A stretch of DNA of 38,378 nucleotides from Chiloscyllium plagiosum (Eukaryota), in NCBI RefSeq assembly GCF_004010195.1, contig NW_025214968.1, positions 1-38,378 on the forward strand, written 5' to 3'. A program made the translations under genes and the position numbers. This document shows positions 1-11,510 of this stretch, piece after piece (position 1 is the stretch's first letter; each line of letters starts with the position of its first letter). The notes under the pieces were generated by a model. It ran no database searches. It was not told the origin of the DNA and worked only from the letters and a program-made list of their open reading frames with translations.

Positions 1-218
1 CACGTCATTCTGCCAGATCACATCGTTACCCTGGGGGACAGTGCGCCCTCCTCGGGCCGAAAGAGCGAAGCCACATCCCAACTGTCTGCAAACGACATTG
101 GCATCAGTTATATCCCAGGAATCACCACACACCGAGCCCCAGCGTGTATCACACATGATCTGCACTCTCCCAGAACAGTTGCTCCTCCCTCCATCCAGGC
201 GCACGCTGTTTTGCCAAT
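1..218 (-). CDS. Gene A SRCR domain 6 (partial, runs off window; absent from ORF track)
   Basis: Manual translation: DWQNSVRLDGGRSNCSGRVQIMCDTRWGSVCGDSWDITDANVVCRQLGCGFALSARGGRTVPQGNDVIWQNDV; ccgcAG acceptor at 219-220. Confidence 0.93.
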
Positions 219-304
219 CTGCGGCACAGAAGTGAATATTATTGAATGCAGAATAAAGCAGAAAGATCGGTCCAAGAGTTAGCACATTCATGATGATAAC
301 GCAC

Positions 305-361
305 CTGATTGTCGACGGCAGGAATGTGAGCTGAGAGGCTGGTCTTTTATTTCATCGCTCC
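305..361 (-). CDS. Gene A interdomain linker exon (GSDEIKDQPLSSHSCRRQS)
   Basis: ctcttttcAG acceptor, GTGCGT donor, 57 nt, phase 1-1; in frame between SRCR5 and SRCR6. Confidence 0.8.
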
Positions 362-445
362 CTGAAAAGAGGAGAAAGATGCTGGCTCTATTAGTAATCA
401 GTGTTTGAAATGACACTTGAATATTGAGAAGGTTTGTCGTGTTAC

Positions 446-763
446 CTGAACAAAGGACACCTGCATCTTTCCTGCCGTTACAGTTGTGTTGACCCCATGG
501 ATTTCTCTGACATTGCCAAAGGGATGACTCGTGTGATGTACAATCAATCTCACCGAGCCAAATAGGTCCCGTTCCTGCTCCGAATAATTTATTGTCATAA
601 CTAACATCCACCAGGACACCACAGTGCAACTGTTTACAAATAACTGCAGCATCGTGGAAATCCAGACTTTCTGAGCACACCGTTCCCCACGTCTTATTGT
701 AGAATACTTCCACTCTCCCCTCACAGCGATTCTTTCCATTCACCAGCCGCATCTCCTTGTGAT
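446..763 (-). CDS. Gene A SRCR domain 5 (8 Cys)
   Basis: DHKEMRLVNGKNRCEGRVEVFYNKTWGTVC…WGQHNCNGRKDAGVLCS; aacAG acceptor, GTAACA donor, 318 nt. Confidence 0.96.
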
Positions 764-1586
764 CTGTTCGTACAATAACAGATTGCCAGGTTGATAGATT
801 GTTTATGTCTTCCATACATTCCCATGTCTCTCCTCTGACATTCAACTCAGGTCTTGTCAATGAATAAGGTACATGAGAATCCTCACTAAACATTTGGCAG
901 AAAGCACGGACATCTAAAGGAGAAGCAGGGCAGAAGATGCAACATTCACGGAATTTCAAAAGACATCCAAACAATGTGCTGGTAAAATCTTGAAAGGATT
1001 TAGTTTCTGAGGTTGGAGCCAGACGAAACTGACAGCAAATAGAAAGTCTGAGGTCAAAGTAGATTTTCAGATTCCAACGAGTGGAAGTGGTGATCCACTG
1101 GGAAAGGGGCTGATATAATGGCTGTTAAATATTGAGGTGAGCAATTTGGATTTGGTAACCCCAAGGCAATTTCAAACATTCGGATTCGCAATCCAATAGG
1201 AAGTATGGTTACAGTTCAAAAGATCACGGACAAAGCAAGTACACCAGAATAAATGGCCAGTATGTGTGCCCAGTGCGTGATTTTTTTAAAAAAAGGTTAA
1301 GTCTAAATTGGGGAATCTGGAAGAAAGTATAAAGAGGACATACACTGAAGGAAAATTAAGAATCAATCCGATTTAGAGCCGCAGAACGATCGAGGGATAC
1401 ACAGACAGGAATCACAATGCTCATCGCTGCGTACAATACTAAAGAACATGACTAACAGTTTCTCTTCAATGCACGGTTTGGAATATTTTGGAGAATATTC
1501 ACTTTTCCCAGAATATTGACAATGGACCATTAATGATGCTTTTCATGCAGGGATTGGCATGCACTTGAACTAGGAATATACTCCAG

Positions 1587-1897
1587 ATTAGATTCCCTAG
1601 TGTATGGAAACAGGCGCTTTGGCCAACAAGTCCACACCAACCCTCTGAAGAGTAACATACCCAGACCTTTTCCCTGACCCAACATTTACCCCGACTAACG
1701 CATCTTACAAGATGAGCAATTTAGTGTGGCCAATTCACCTGACCTGCACATCTTTGGATTGTTGGAGGGAACCGGAGCACCCGGAGGAAACCCACGCAGA
1801 CACGGGGAGAATATGCAAACCCACACACGAAGTTGCCTGAATCCCTAGCGCTTTAAAGCAGGAGTGCGAGTGCGAAACACTGAGCCACATGTCGCAC
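1587..1897 (-). mobile_element. tRNA-derived V-SINE (shark HE1-like)
   Basis: V-domain ggaggaaacccacgcagacacggggaga, ccaattcacctgacctgcacatctttgga, and a CR1-like tail (ggaaacaggc…ttggcc). Confidence 0.88.
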
Positions 1898-2005
1898 TAA
1901 GTTCAATTGCTATCTTTGCTGCACATATTCCCTAACTCCCCACACAACAGTCCATAAAGGCTCACACCAAACAAAAAGGTGAATAACAATATGGCGTGGC
2001 CTAAC

Positions 2006-2323
2006 CGGAGCACATAATTCTCACATCCTCTTTATGAGAACAATCGTCCTGGTGACCCAATTGTGCTGAAGGACATTCCCAGAGAAATGATTCATTTCCA
2101 GAACACTTCACATCTTTCAACCAAACTGGGCCTGAGCCCGGTTCGTACGAGGAAGGAAGTGACATATCCTTTACGTGCCCACAGCCCAGTTGTTTGCAAA
2201 CCACCTCAGCGTCTATCATATCCCAGGAGTCGTCACAAACTGATCCCCATGTCCCATTGTAGTAAATCTCCACTCGACCTGCACAAGGGCTTCCACCATC
2301 TGACAGTCTTAACTGGATATGCT
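2006..2323 (-). CDS. Gene A SRCR domain 4 (canonical 8 Cys)
   Basis: [35 protein letters not shown]…[12 protein letters not shown]; ctaacAG acceptor, GTTAGG donor, 318 nt. Confidence 0.96.
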
Positions 2324-2429
2324 CTGTTAGATTAAAAACACAGAATTTTATACTTTCAATACGCACCCCCTTCTTCATTTAGTCCAGCATAGTATATTGA
2401 TTCGTGTAATGCTTAACCAAGGGAATATG

Positions 2430-3670
2430 CAATAGAATGATGAAGGAGTTTGCTAAAGTATACTGGAAGCAAACACACTGTGGTGGGGCTGTTGATGGAC
2501 AGTGGAGGAATTTCAGAGCAGTCTTTCAAAATGCTCATCAGTGAAAAGGAAGAACTGTTGGAAAGGGAATAATCAGTCATGTGTCTAAGGAAATCAGGAG
2601 ACTATCAAATTGGAAGAGGAGGCACACAAAGTGACAAAGGTCAGTGGGAAACTAGAAAACTGTGAAAGCATCAAAGACCGACAGAAAGCCACAAAAATGG
2701 CTTTAAATTAAGCAACATATTTAATGAGACAAAAATTAACCAGCAATGTAAAGACAGATCGCAAATGTTTCCTTAAACACTAATAACAAAAAGGAGTCGC
2801 TAAATTGAAAATTGGTACTTTTGAAGTTGAGAGGGAGTGTTTAGTCGTGGGATATATAAGGAAATGACTGAGGCATTGAATTGGTATTTTGCCTCGGTTT
2901 TCACAGTGGATGACACAAATAACATGCCAGTGAATGAGAAAGAGACGAAGTTAGGCAACAAGTTAGGAAACAATCAGTACTACATTATTGATAGTGTTGA
3001 GCAAGTTAAAGGAGTTCAGGGTACTGAATTCTCCTGGCCCTGATGGAGTGCATTCCAGTGTACAAAAAGAGATATTGTGGATATAGCAAATACATTTATT
3101 GTAATTTTACAAAACTGAATGGGCTCTGGGGCAGTTACAGCAGATTGGAAAACAGTAAATGTGACGCCACTATTTAAAAAGGGAGGTAGACAAAAGATGG
3201 GGAATCATACACCGGTTAGCTGAACTTTTGTGGAGGGGAAAATGCTTGAGTTTATTTTCAAGGAAGAAATAGCAAGGCATCTAGATGAAAATTATCCCGT
3301 TGGCATTGGTCCATGAAGGGTAGTCTGGATAACCATTTGTTGGAGTTCTATGGAGACATTACAGACACAATGAAGAACAGGGACCCAGTAGGTGCATTGT
3401 ATTTAGATTTCCAAAAGGCATTCAAGATGGTGCCGCACAAAAGGCTGCTGCACAAGACAAAGATGCCATCCATGACGGACAAAGTATTAACATGAATAGT
3501 AGATTGGTTAACCAACAAGAATCAAAGTATGGGGATATATGAGTGGTACTCTGGTTGGCAATCAGTAACTAGTGGTGTGCCTCAGGGATCAGAGTTGGGA
3601 CCGCAATTATTTGCAATTTACATCGTTGATTTTGAGCTGGGGACCACGTGTAGTGTGTCAAAGTTTGGAT
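2430..3670 (+). mobile_element. CR1 LINE ORF2 fragment (degenerate reverse transcriptase)
   Basis: EALNWYFASVFTVDD, DWKTVNVTPLFKKG, YLDFQKAF.MVPHKRLL, VTSGVPQGSELGPQLF; stops and frameshifts. Confidence 0.92.
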
Positions 3671-4870
3671 GTCAGCCCAAGGTAAACAAACACAGACTGT
3701 CCAAACTCTCCATTATTTGGAAATGTCAGCCCAAGGAAGATAATGGAAAGACTCATCGCCAGTGCGGTGGTGCTGCTCCAATGTTGTGGCTTCCAAAGTC
3801 ATATTCACTAATCTGTCTTTGACCAAAATGGAATTAAATAAAGTTTCAGTGTGACTCCCCTGCTCTTATTTTAATGCATTGGACAATAAAAGCAAATATT
3901 CCATATTCCTTCTTGACCACTTTAACTACCTGTCCCTCTACTATAAGGATCTATGGGACATACCCATCAAGTACACGCTGATGTTCGCTGCTTTCAAATG
4001 TTCTACAATTCATCAAAGAGTACCTTCCTTTGCTTGTCATGCCCAAGTGTGTGTCCTTGTACTTATGTAAATTGAATTCCATCTACCACTGGCTAGCCTG
4101 TCCGACTATCCATCTATTTCCTTCTGTAATCGAACTCTTCTCTCCTCAGTATTTAGCAGACACCTAATTTAAGGTTAATTTAGGAATTTATGATCAACCC
4201 TCCAACATTCATTCTGAAACCATTTGAACATTTCGATAGTTTCCTGTCCAGCTGATCATTCAGCATTCTTCAGAAATTTGATCTCAACCCAAACATTTCT
4301 TCCTGAATTACATTCATCTAAATCAGTCATGTGGCCATCATTGCCTCGATATTTCAACATTTATCTCCAAGTATCTAGTCTTCAGTGTTTCCGCACCAGC
4401 CCCTAAATTCACATCCATTATTGATGCATTCCGTCTCATATGATATCAGTGTCACTATTTCACATCTCAAAACAAGTGTTTTACAAAAACATCCGTCTTC
4501 CAGTGAATTATCTAATTCATTCATTCTATTCTTTCCGTCTTCCCAGTACTGCAAAGAATCAGACAATCCTTCCGACTAATTAAAACCTCTGTTGATCGAA
4601 ATCAAGGTCTTCCAAACACACAGTTCTCATCTTAATTCTACCCTCTTCCCCTACTGATAACTCTCTCATGTGTCTGTTTTACTTTTGGCTCATAAAATCT
4701 TTGCTACTTGAATCTTCCAAAAGCAAAGTTTCAGTTGCTCACAACCATTCATCTGGCCCACGCCTGCTTTCACCTGGACTAATACTGAACAACGTGTGAT
4801 ACACATTCTCAGGAGACAGATATCTGTTTTGATAGTTCTGAGCAAGGTCTTCTGTCTAGCGTCTTCTTAC

Positions 4871-5188
4871 CTGAACAGAGGATGACGACGTCACTGCTGT
4901 CAGCGACAGACGAATTCAATGGGCCTGAGATCCTACAATCCCGGAGCTGAGATTCCTGTCCATGACACTGGATATCATGCACCCACGGACGACCATCACT
5001 TTCCTCGTACTGTGAAGACTTATACGTTTCTAAGGCATGACCGCATCCCAGCTGTCTGCAAACCACGTGAGAATCATTCAGATCCCACAGGGTGTCCTGC
5101 ACTCTGCCCCAGCTTCCATTATAGTAAACTTCAACTCGGCCATCACAGCGGCTTCCCCCATTCACCAGTCTTGGCCACCAATTTTCAT
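4871..5188 (-). CDS. Gene A SRCR domain 3 (6-Cys variant)
   Basis: DENWWPRLVNGGSRCDGRVEVYYNGSWGRVQDTLWD…VVCRQLGCG…DVVILCS; ttgcAG acceptor, GTAAGA donor, 318 nt. Confidence 0.95.
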
Positions 5189-5959
5189 CTGCAACACGAA
5201 ATGTATTTAGAACAACGATTAAACTGAATTGAAACGTTCAAGAATTAACAATCACAAGTAAATGTGCCATTTTTTAAAAAAACTATTTTATCATGGCTTA
5301 TCCGATAGCTTTTCAGACAGTTTCATTTTTACCATCGCCTTTCTTTTCCAAACATTTGAGAGAGATATGGAGGAAAACGTACTGTTGACATGGAGCAAGG
5401 GTGAAATGAAGTGAATTGTCAACAGGTCATGATGGATTTTGGGAAGTGAGCTGATGGGAGCCCCGAAGCAGTGAATTGAAATGCTTCCTGCCTAATCTCT
5501 ATCCGTCATTCCTAATTGATTAGATATTGTCACAGGCAACTTTTGTGATGATTTTCCTCAAGTCTGCCAACCTCACATTTGTTGACATGATTGTTCTGAT
5601 GTTGCAAACTCCTGATCTGCTGCCAATATATTCGAATATTTCCATCCAAAAAGAATTCCCTCAACATAGCCTTACTGGAAACTGAGTGCATTCATTGTTG
5701 GCATTCCCACTCTGGCCAAATTTAAAAAGTAAAACTCTCCCCTTGCTCGCACATTTCAATACAAAATATTAGACTTGGAAAGGTATATCTGTAACGATTT
5801 GCGGCTAGTTTAATGATGGTGCTTTCCAACATCTATCCCCATTGGAAACAAAATGTGGGTCCAGAAAGACATAATTTCCCAATGATATGCTGACCAAATT
5901 GGAAAGGATTTCCCAATAACTTGCTTCGTCCTCGGTCAACTTCATGTGTGCACGATTGC

Positions 5960-6530
5960 ACAACAACATAGAACATACAACATACAACTGCACAGTACAG
6001 TAACAGGTCTTTCACCCCTCGATGTTGGGCTAGACTTTTATCCTATTTTAAGATCAGACTACCCTTCATTCTCTTCAATGTACTAACTGCCATGTGCCTA
6101 TCCAAGAGTCGCTTAAATGTCCCTAATGTATTTGACTGTACGAGCACTGCCGGCAGTGCATTCCTCGCATCCACCACTTCTGTGTAAAGAGCCGAATCTG
6201 CCATCTCCCCTAAACCTTCCACCAATCACCTTAAACTTATGCTCCCTCGGAATAGACATTTGTGCCATGGAGAAACGTCTCTGGCTATCCACTCTATCTA
6301 TGCCTTTCATCATCTTGTACACCTCTATCAATTCACCTCTCATCCTTCTTGGCTTCAATGGAAAAAAAGCCCTCGCCTCCTCAACCTTTCTTCATAAGAC
6401 ATACTCTCCAGTACTGGCATCATGCTTGTAAATGTCCTCAGCACCTTCTCTAAAGCTTTAACATCTTTCTTATAATAGGCGAGCAGAACTGAACACATTA
6501 TTCCAAGTGTGGACTTGCCTTCTCTCCACA
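5960..6530 (-). mobile_element. CR1 LINE 3' fragment
   Basis: RMRGELIEVYKMMKGIDRVD; (catagaa/catacaa) tail repeats at 5960-5990. Confidence 0.88.
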
Positions 6531-6579
6531 CCATACAATGGACAATCCAATGATATTTCACTAAAATGTGATAATGGAG

Positions 6580-6685
6580 AACAGTTCTGAATAAGGATCA
6601 CTGGACTCGTAATGTTGACTCTGATTTCTCTCAAGAGTTGCTGTCAGAGTTGCTGAGTTTCTCCAGCAATTTTGTTCATATTTCC
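6580..6685 (+). mobile_element. Penelope-like terminal fragment (degenerate)
   Basis: ttctgaataaggatcactggactcgtaatgttgactctg…ttgctgagtttctccagcaattt; a related minus-strand copy lies at about 16660-16780. Confidence 0.55.
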
Positions 6686-8039
6686 CCGTGTTCAATTTGG
6701 AAGTGAAGCCTTTCAATCCACAAGAAAGAACTGAAGCATAACGGTGTGAGTCATTGTAATCATCACACGAGCTGCACCTGAAAATGAATTTCCCTATTTC
6801 CTGCATTGTTCCGAATTCATACAACAGATTGTCATACTTGCGGTCCCCATTTAACGTTGAACATTTTTGAATATTCTACCTGGCAATTACGTCATCTGCA
6901 GAAATGCTCTTCTCCTTTTAGTTAGACGTTCAGGACCATGAGTATGCATGTACCCCTTCAAAAAATGAACATTGAATAAGGTCTTAGCTGGGAGGGCGTG
7001 TTCCCTGCTTCATTTCATTCTCTGCTCCTCTGGTCTTCATCCATAAAGCCTAACTTGATCAAACATCGAAACTCTATACTTGCCTCTTGACGAAAATGAG
7101 GATCCCATTCTGCACAAATTCTTTTGAAGGGAATTACAAAAAAAAGCATTCTGAGAAAAATAAAAATTGACAGTCGCTATTTGAAAGGGAGATTGAATGT
7201 CCCAAACTCTTGTGGCAAAAGAAGGTGGATTATAGATTTTTGAAATGTGAGTACTTTACTCAGTCGCAACACCTCTGACAGAAAGTATGTCTTTTCTCTA
7301 TCAATCAATTCCTCCTCCTATTTACATGCCAACGTCTTTGAAAAATATTAATAATGCATGCGGTTTCTGCCTAGACACTTGTGACNNNNNNNNNNNNNNN
7401 NNNNNNNNNNNNNNNNNNNNNNNNNNNNNNNNNNNNNNNNNNNNNNNNNNNNNNNNNNNNNNNNNNNNNNNNNNNNNNNNNNNNNNNNNNNNNNNNNNNN
7501 NNNNNNNNNNNNNNNNNNNNNNNNNNNNNNNNNNNNNNNNNNNNNNNNNNNNNNNNNNNNNNNNNNNNNNNNNNNNNNNNNNNNNNNNNNNNNNNNNNNN
7601 NNNNNNNNNNNNNNNNNNNNNNNNNNNNNNNNNNNNNNNNNNNNNNNNNNNNNNNNNNNNNNNNNNNNNNNNNNNNNNNNNNNNNNNNNNNNNNNNNNNN
7701 NNNNNNNNNNNNNNNNNNNNNNNNNNNNNNNNNNNNNNNNNNNNNNNNNNNNNNNNNNNNNNNNNNNNNNNNNNNNNNNNNNNNNNNNNNNNNNNNNNNN
7801 NNNNNNNNNNNNNNNNNNNNNNNNNNNNNNNNNNNNNNNNNNNNNNNNNNNNNNNNNNNNNNNNNNNNNNNNNNNNNNNNNNNNNNNNNNNNNNNNNNNN
7901 NNNNNNNNNNNNNNNNNNNNNNNNNNNNNNNNNNNNNNNNNNNNNNNNNNNNNNNNNNNNNNNNNNNNNNNNNNNNNNNNNNNNNNNNNNNNNNNNNNNN
8001 NNNNNNNNNNNNNNNNNNNNNNNNNNNNNNNNNNNNGTT

Positions 8040-8760
8040 TTTTGTAAAGCGGAGCAAGTTTGCATTAAGAAACAGGGTGACATTTAAAAATTAGCTCATA
8101 GTGCCAGATATCGAGAAGTTGAAACTATTAATTATGGCAGATACCAACTTTAGAAGGGCATACAGTGCACAGACAAGTGGCATATAAATCATATTGCAAA
8201 ATATGTGAGGGGGTATGTTTTGGCAACTTGGAAGATGACGTGCAACATATACTTTCAGATGATCACCTTTTCATTATTCACTTATTGACGAAGTGCAGTT
8301 AAACAGAAGAGCTTAGTGCTTCATGAGCTGTGACACTTGAATTTGACAGTATATGTGGCTGAGTAGCTGGGAATGCAACTTAAATTTAAGTTTGCAAATG
8401 GAGTGAATTGGAGACGTTATGGTGATTGTTATCCAGTTGTCCTTCAACCGATAGAAAAGCATTGTGTACCAGCATGTGCAACACATAATTCACAAAGGGT
8501 GGCATGGTCCTTGGGAAGGTGAAGGCGAGCAATATTCAAGTACATGTATGAACATGCTTCTATTTTTGACACGAATATATTGGACAGGTCGTAGATGGTC
8601 TTGAATTTAAGGATGCAGGCATACGAGAATATGACTACTGGAGGAAGGCAGGTTAAAAGAATTTCTCCCGTTAGCTGGTCCTCAGAAAAATAATGTGCAA
8701 AAATGTTAAGGCTTGTGGGAAAAAGTGTCATGCATATTGGAAAGACAGTAAGTCAGACAG
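8040..8760 (+). mobile_element. Old, highly decayed CR1-like 3' fragment
   Basis: Residual similarity to the CR1 RT C-terminus and 3' region; no intact frame. Confidence 0.4.
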
Positions 8761-9404
8761 TGATAGTATAGACACTATTATCAAACCCACAATGGCATGA
8801 AGGCAAGATAAACTCAAACAAACGTCAAAGATCAGGGAATCAGCTGGATCACCTTTGGCTCCCCTAACAAATCAGAATAAAATGGTTAAATGTATGACCA
8901 AGCTGATAGATTTCAGACGGTAAGTCATTGTGAGCCAGAGATTCTTCCTGGTGTAATTGTTTCAAAGATTGATGTACACTTATTTCAAACAGTTTAAATA
9001 AAAAAAAGGTTGTCCAAAAATCTTTTCGGGGCAGGGAGTCCTCAAGAAAATCTATTGGCTTGTCAGAAATCTAATTGTTTGATATTCATTGTATATATCT
9101 ACATTGACCAGTGCTTAATGTTATCGTCAATGATCGACTTTTAGACAATTAAAACAATAAAATATGGTGGGTGCAGACAGTTTGCAAACTCGCAGAAATC
9201 TCATCAATACAATAACAAAGATTTCGAAGCATCTTAATTCCCAATACATGTGTGTCTATTTTACCACATTACAATTCGTGCATGGCAGTATGGGAAACCA
9301 ATAGGATTAGTTCAGATTTGACACTTTTAGGGCAATGCGGCCAGTGCCAGCGCCACCACTTTAACAAACATTAATCTTTTTTTTTCCATTACATCCATAC
9401 TCAC

Positions 9405-9719
9405 CAGAACATATCAGGGTAACATTGCTGTGTCCACTGCAATCCTGGTGAGTGTCTGAAGACCGAGGGCACTTTGTCAGCTGAGTCTCATTGCCCGTAC
9501 ATTTAAACACCTCAGTCCCCATGAGCACAGTACTGCCTCCAGAATGAGCAGAGCTCGAAAGAGACACGGCCACTCCACAATGAAGCTGCGCACAGACCAC
9601 ATTGGCGTTTTTCAAATCCCAGTCAAGACCACACATTGTTCTCCAGGTGTCACCAAACAGGACCTCCAGTCTGCCGAAACATTGGGAATTTCCTTGGATC
9701 AACCTCGGAATGATGTGGT
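9405..9719 (-). CDS. Gene A SRCR domain 2 (8 Cys)
   Basis: DHIIPRLIQGNSQCFGRLEV…WRTMCGLDWD…VVCAQLHCG…LICS; tttctttccAG acceptor, GTGAGT donor, 315 nt. Confidence 0.95.
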
Positions 9720-10117
9720 CTGGAAAGAAAAGCATTGAATCAGAAAAACGTTCAAACAATACGAACTCAGATTATTGAATGATGAACATTCATTTGATTA
9801 ATAGCAGATCTGGCACATTCGGATATGAGTTGTTCCATCAATCTGTGTGGCTTTTGTAGCCCTGTCGACCCCATTCATGTTCATTAACCAGAATCCTGAC
9901 CCTCAGCTGTTTGAGTTAACGTGAATTCCAGCCAGCAAATAAACGATACAAAGTGATTGTGCCATCCAACACAATGTTGAATCTCATTAAACATTGATTT
10001 GTAAGTCTGATAGTTCCAGCCGTGCAGCTCTCTCAATGTGGCTTTAAGTGACATCACAATGGACACCTGTCCTGACCCTTCTAAAATTACACAGAAAGTA
10101 CAGCAGTTTTTTTTTAC

Positions 10118-10432
10118 CTGAACAGATGACACCAGCATCATTGCCGTGTGAATAGCTGTAGTGATCCCATTCCAATGATTGACACTCCTTCAGAGCGCGC
10201 TCGGTCCCGCTGCACTGAACTTTCCAGGTCACAATGGGTCCGGATCCTTGTCCAAAGTGAGCCCCGCCCGGGGCAGAGACCGCGGTCCCGCAGTCCAGCT
10301 CCCGACACACAACAGCAGCATCTGGCAGGTCCCAAAGATCATGATCGACTGTCCCCCACTGTCCCCTGTAGTGAATCTCCACTCGGCCCGCGCAAGGACT
10401 GCCCCCATTCTCAAGTCTCAGCCTCACCGTCT
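10118..10432 (-). CDS. Gene A SRCR domain 1 (6-Cys variant)
   Basis: [35 protein letters not shown]…VVCRELDCG…HGNDAGVICSG; ttttacAG acceptor, GTAAAA donor, 315 nt, phase 1-1. Confidence 0.95.
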
Positions 10433-11134
10433 CTGTAAAATATGGAAATGTTAATCAAAGTGAACAATGCGCAATTGTGAAAGCTCTATATTGCAGCCAG
10501 CATTTCACGCTCGCAATGCAATGGGAGTGAGGTCACGGTAAAAATACACACTATCGCAATATAACTTAGGATATGTATTGTAGATAGCGAAAGGCAAATA
10601 TCATTTTTTTAAAAAATGCACACTCACAAAGAGAATCAGGAAAATGTTTCCATGAGAAAATTTGTATTACTCATTTATGGGATGTGGGCGCGCTGAAAGG
10701 CGAATAACCACAACTGATCCTCCCTGAGAATATCTGAAACTGAAACGGACTTCCGTCTGTCACAGGCCGAAATATTGTGGGATGTATGGTCATGTGAGCA
10801 TGATGTCACTGCGCAATAGTGAGTGAAATCGTTTATATACATTGCCGACAGCAGCACTGTCTGTGCATATGAATCTTCATAGTGTCTCCATGTATTGTCT
10901 TTCTGTCTGAGAATGGCAGTGTGCATTGGAACCGCTTCTTTTATACCCTCCTCCCCCACGATTTCTGAAATGAGAGAACTTAAGGAGTAGTGCAACCACC
11001 ACCCTTGTTGTTCTGAACAGACAGCTGATTAACGAGTGAACGTTAATACATGCTGTTTATCACCACCACTTCGTATTTGAGCAGAAACATCAGAATATAG
11101 GGATTCCAATCCCTGGAAAATAACATGCAATTAC

Positions 11135-11167
11135 CTGCACTGTTGGCCTGGGTATCGACAAGTCTGT
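11135..11167 (-). CDS. Gene A exon 2, end of signal peptide / mature N-terminus (YRLVDTQANSA)
   Basis: Acceptor ttctctatatttcAG, donor GTAATT, 33 nt, phase 1-1; joins exon 1 to SRCR1 in frame (…LLNYRLVDTQANSAETVRLRL…). Confidence 0.7.
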
Positions 11168-11269
11168 CTGAAATATAGAGAAGGCAATTAAAGTGTTAAA
11201 AATCAATGCAGTGCTGAAGAATAAATAAAACAGATGCAACAGCTGCGGGCAATAATCATCATTATTTTG

Positions 11270-11510
11270 CGAAATAAAGTGTTTAAAAAAGGGGGATTCA
11301 CACATGGAATGAGCTGCCAGTGGAAATGGTTGTGGCAGATATGTAAAGAACATTTTAAAGGCGTTTGGACAAATGTTTGGATAGAAAAGGTTTAGAAAGA
11401 TATGAGCAGCGTGTAGGGAAATGGAGTTAGTGTGGACGGACATTTTGGTGGGCACGGAACATATTATTCGGAAGGGCCTGTCTCCGTGATATGACCCTTT
11501 GAGTGTATGA
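11270..11510 (+). mobile_element. CR1 3' end fragment
   Basis: atggaatgagctgccag…ttttaaaggcgtttggac…gaagggcctgtctccgtg. Confidence 0.75.

Noticed and set aside
41..235. Plus-strand ORFs overlapping SRCR exons (also 2063-2335, 4919-5227, 9544-9738, 10148-10454)
   Set aside because: Antisense shadows of real minus-strand exons; no independent motifs.
288..974. 228-aa ORF as a single-exon gene
   Set aside because: It reads through intronic sequence; canonical splice sites define exons 446-763 and 305-361.
4375..4566. Possible extra exon between SRCR3 and SRCR4
   Set aside because: The ctttgcAG acceptor hits TAG within 7 codons in the required phase 1.
7287..8094. Long ORFs with X runs (also around 26048-26206 and 34728-35328)
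   Set aside because: Artefacts of N gaps.
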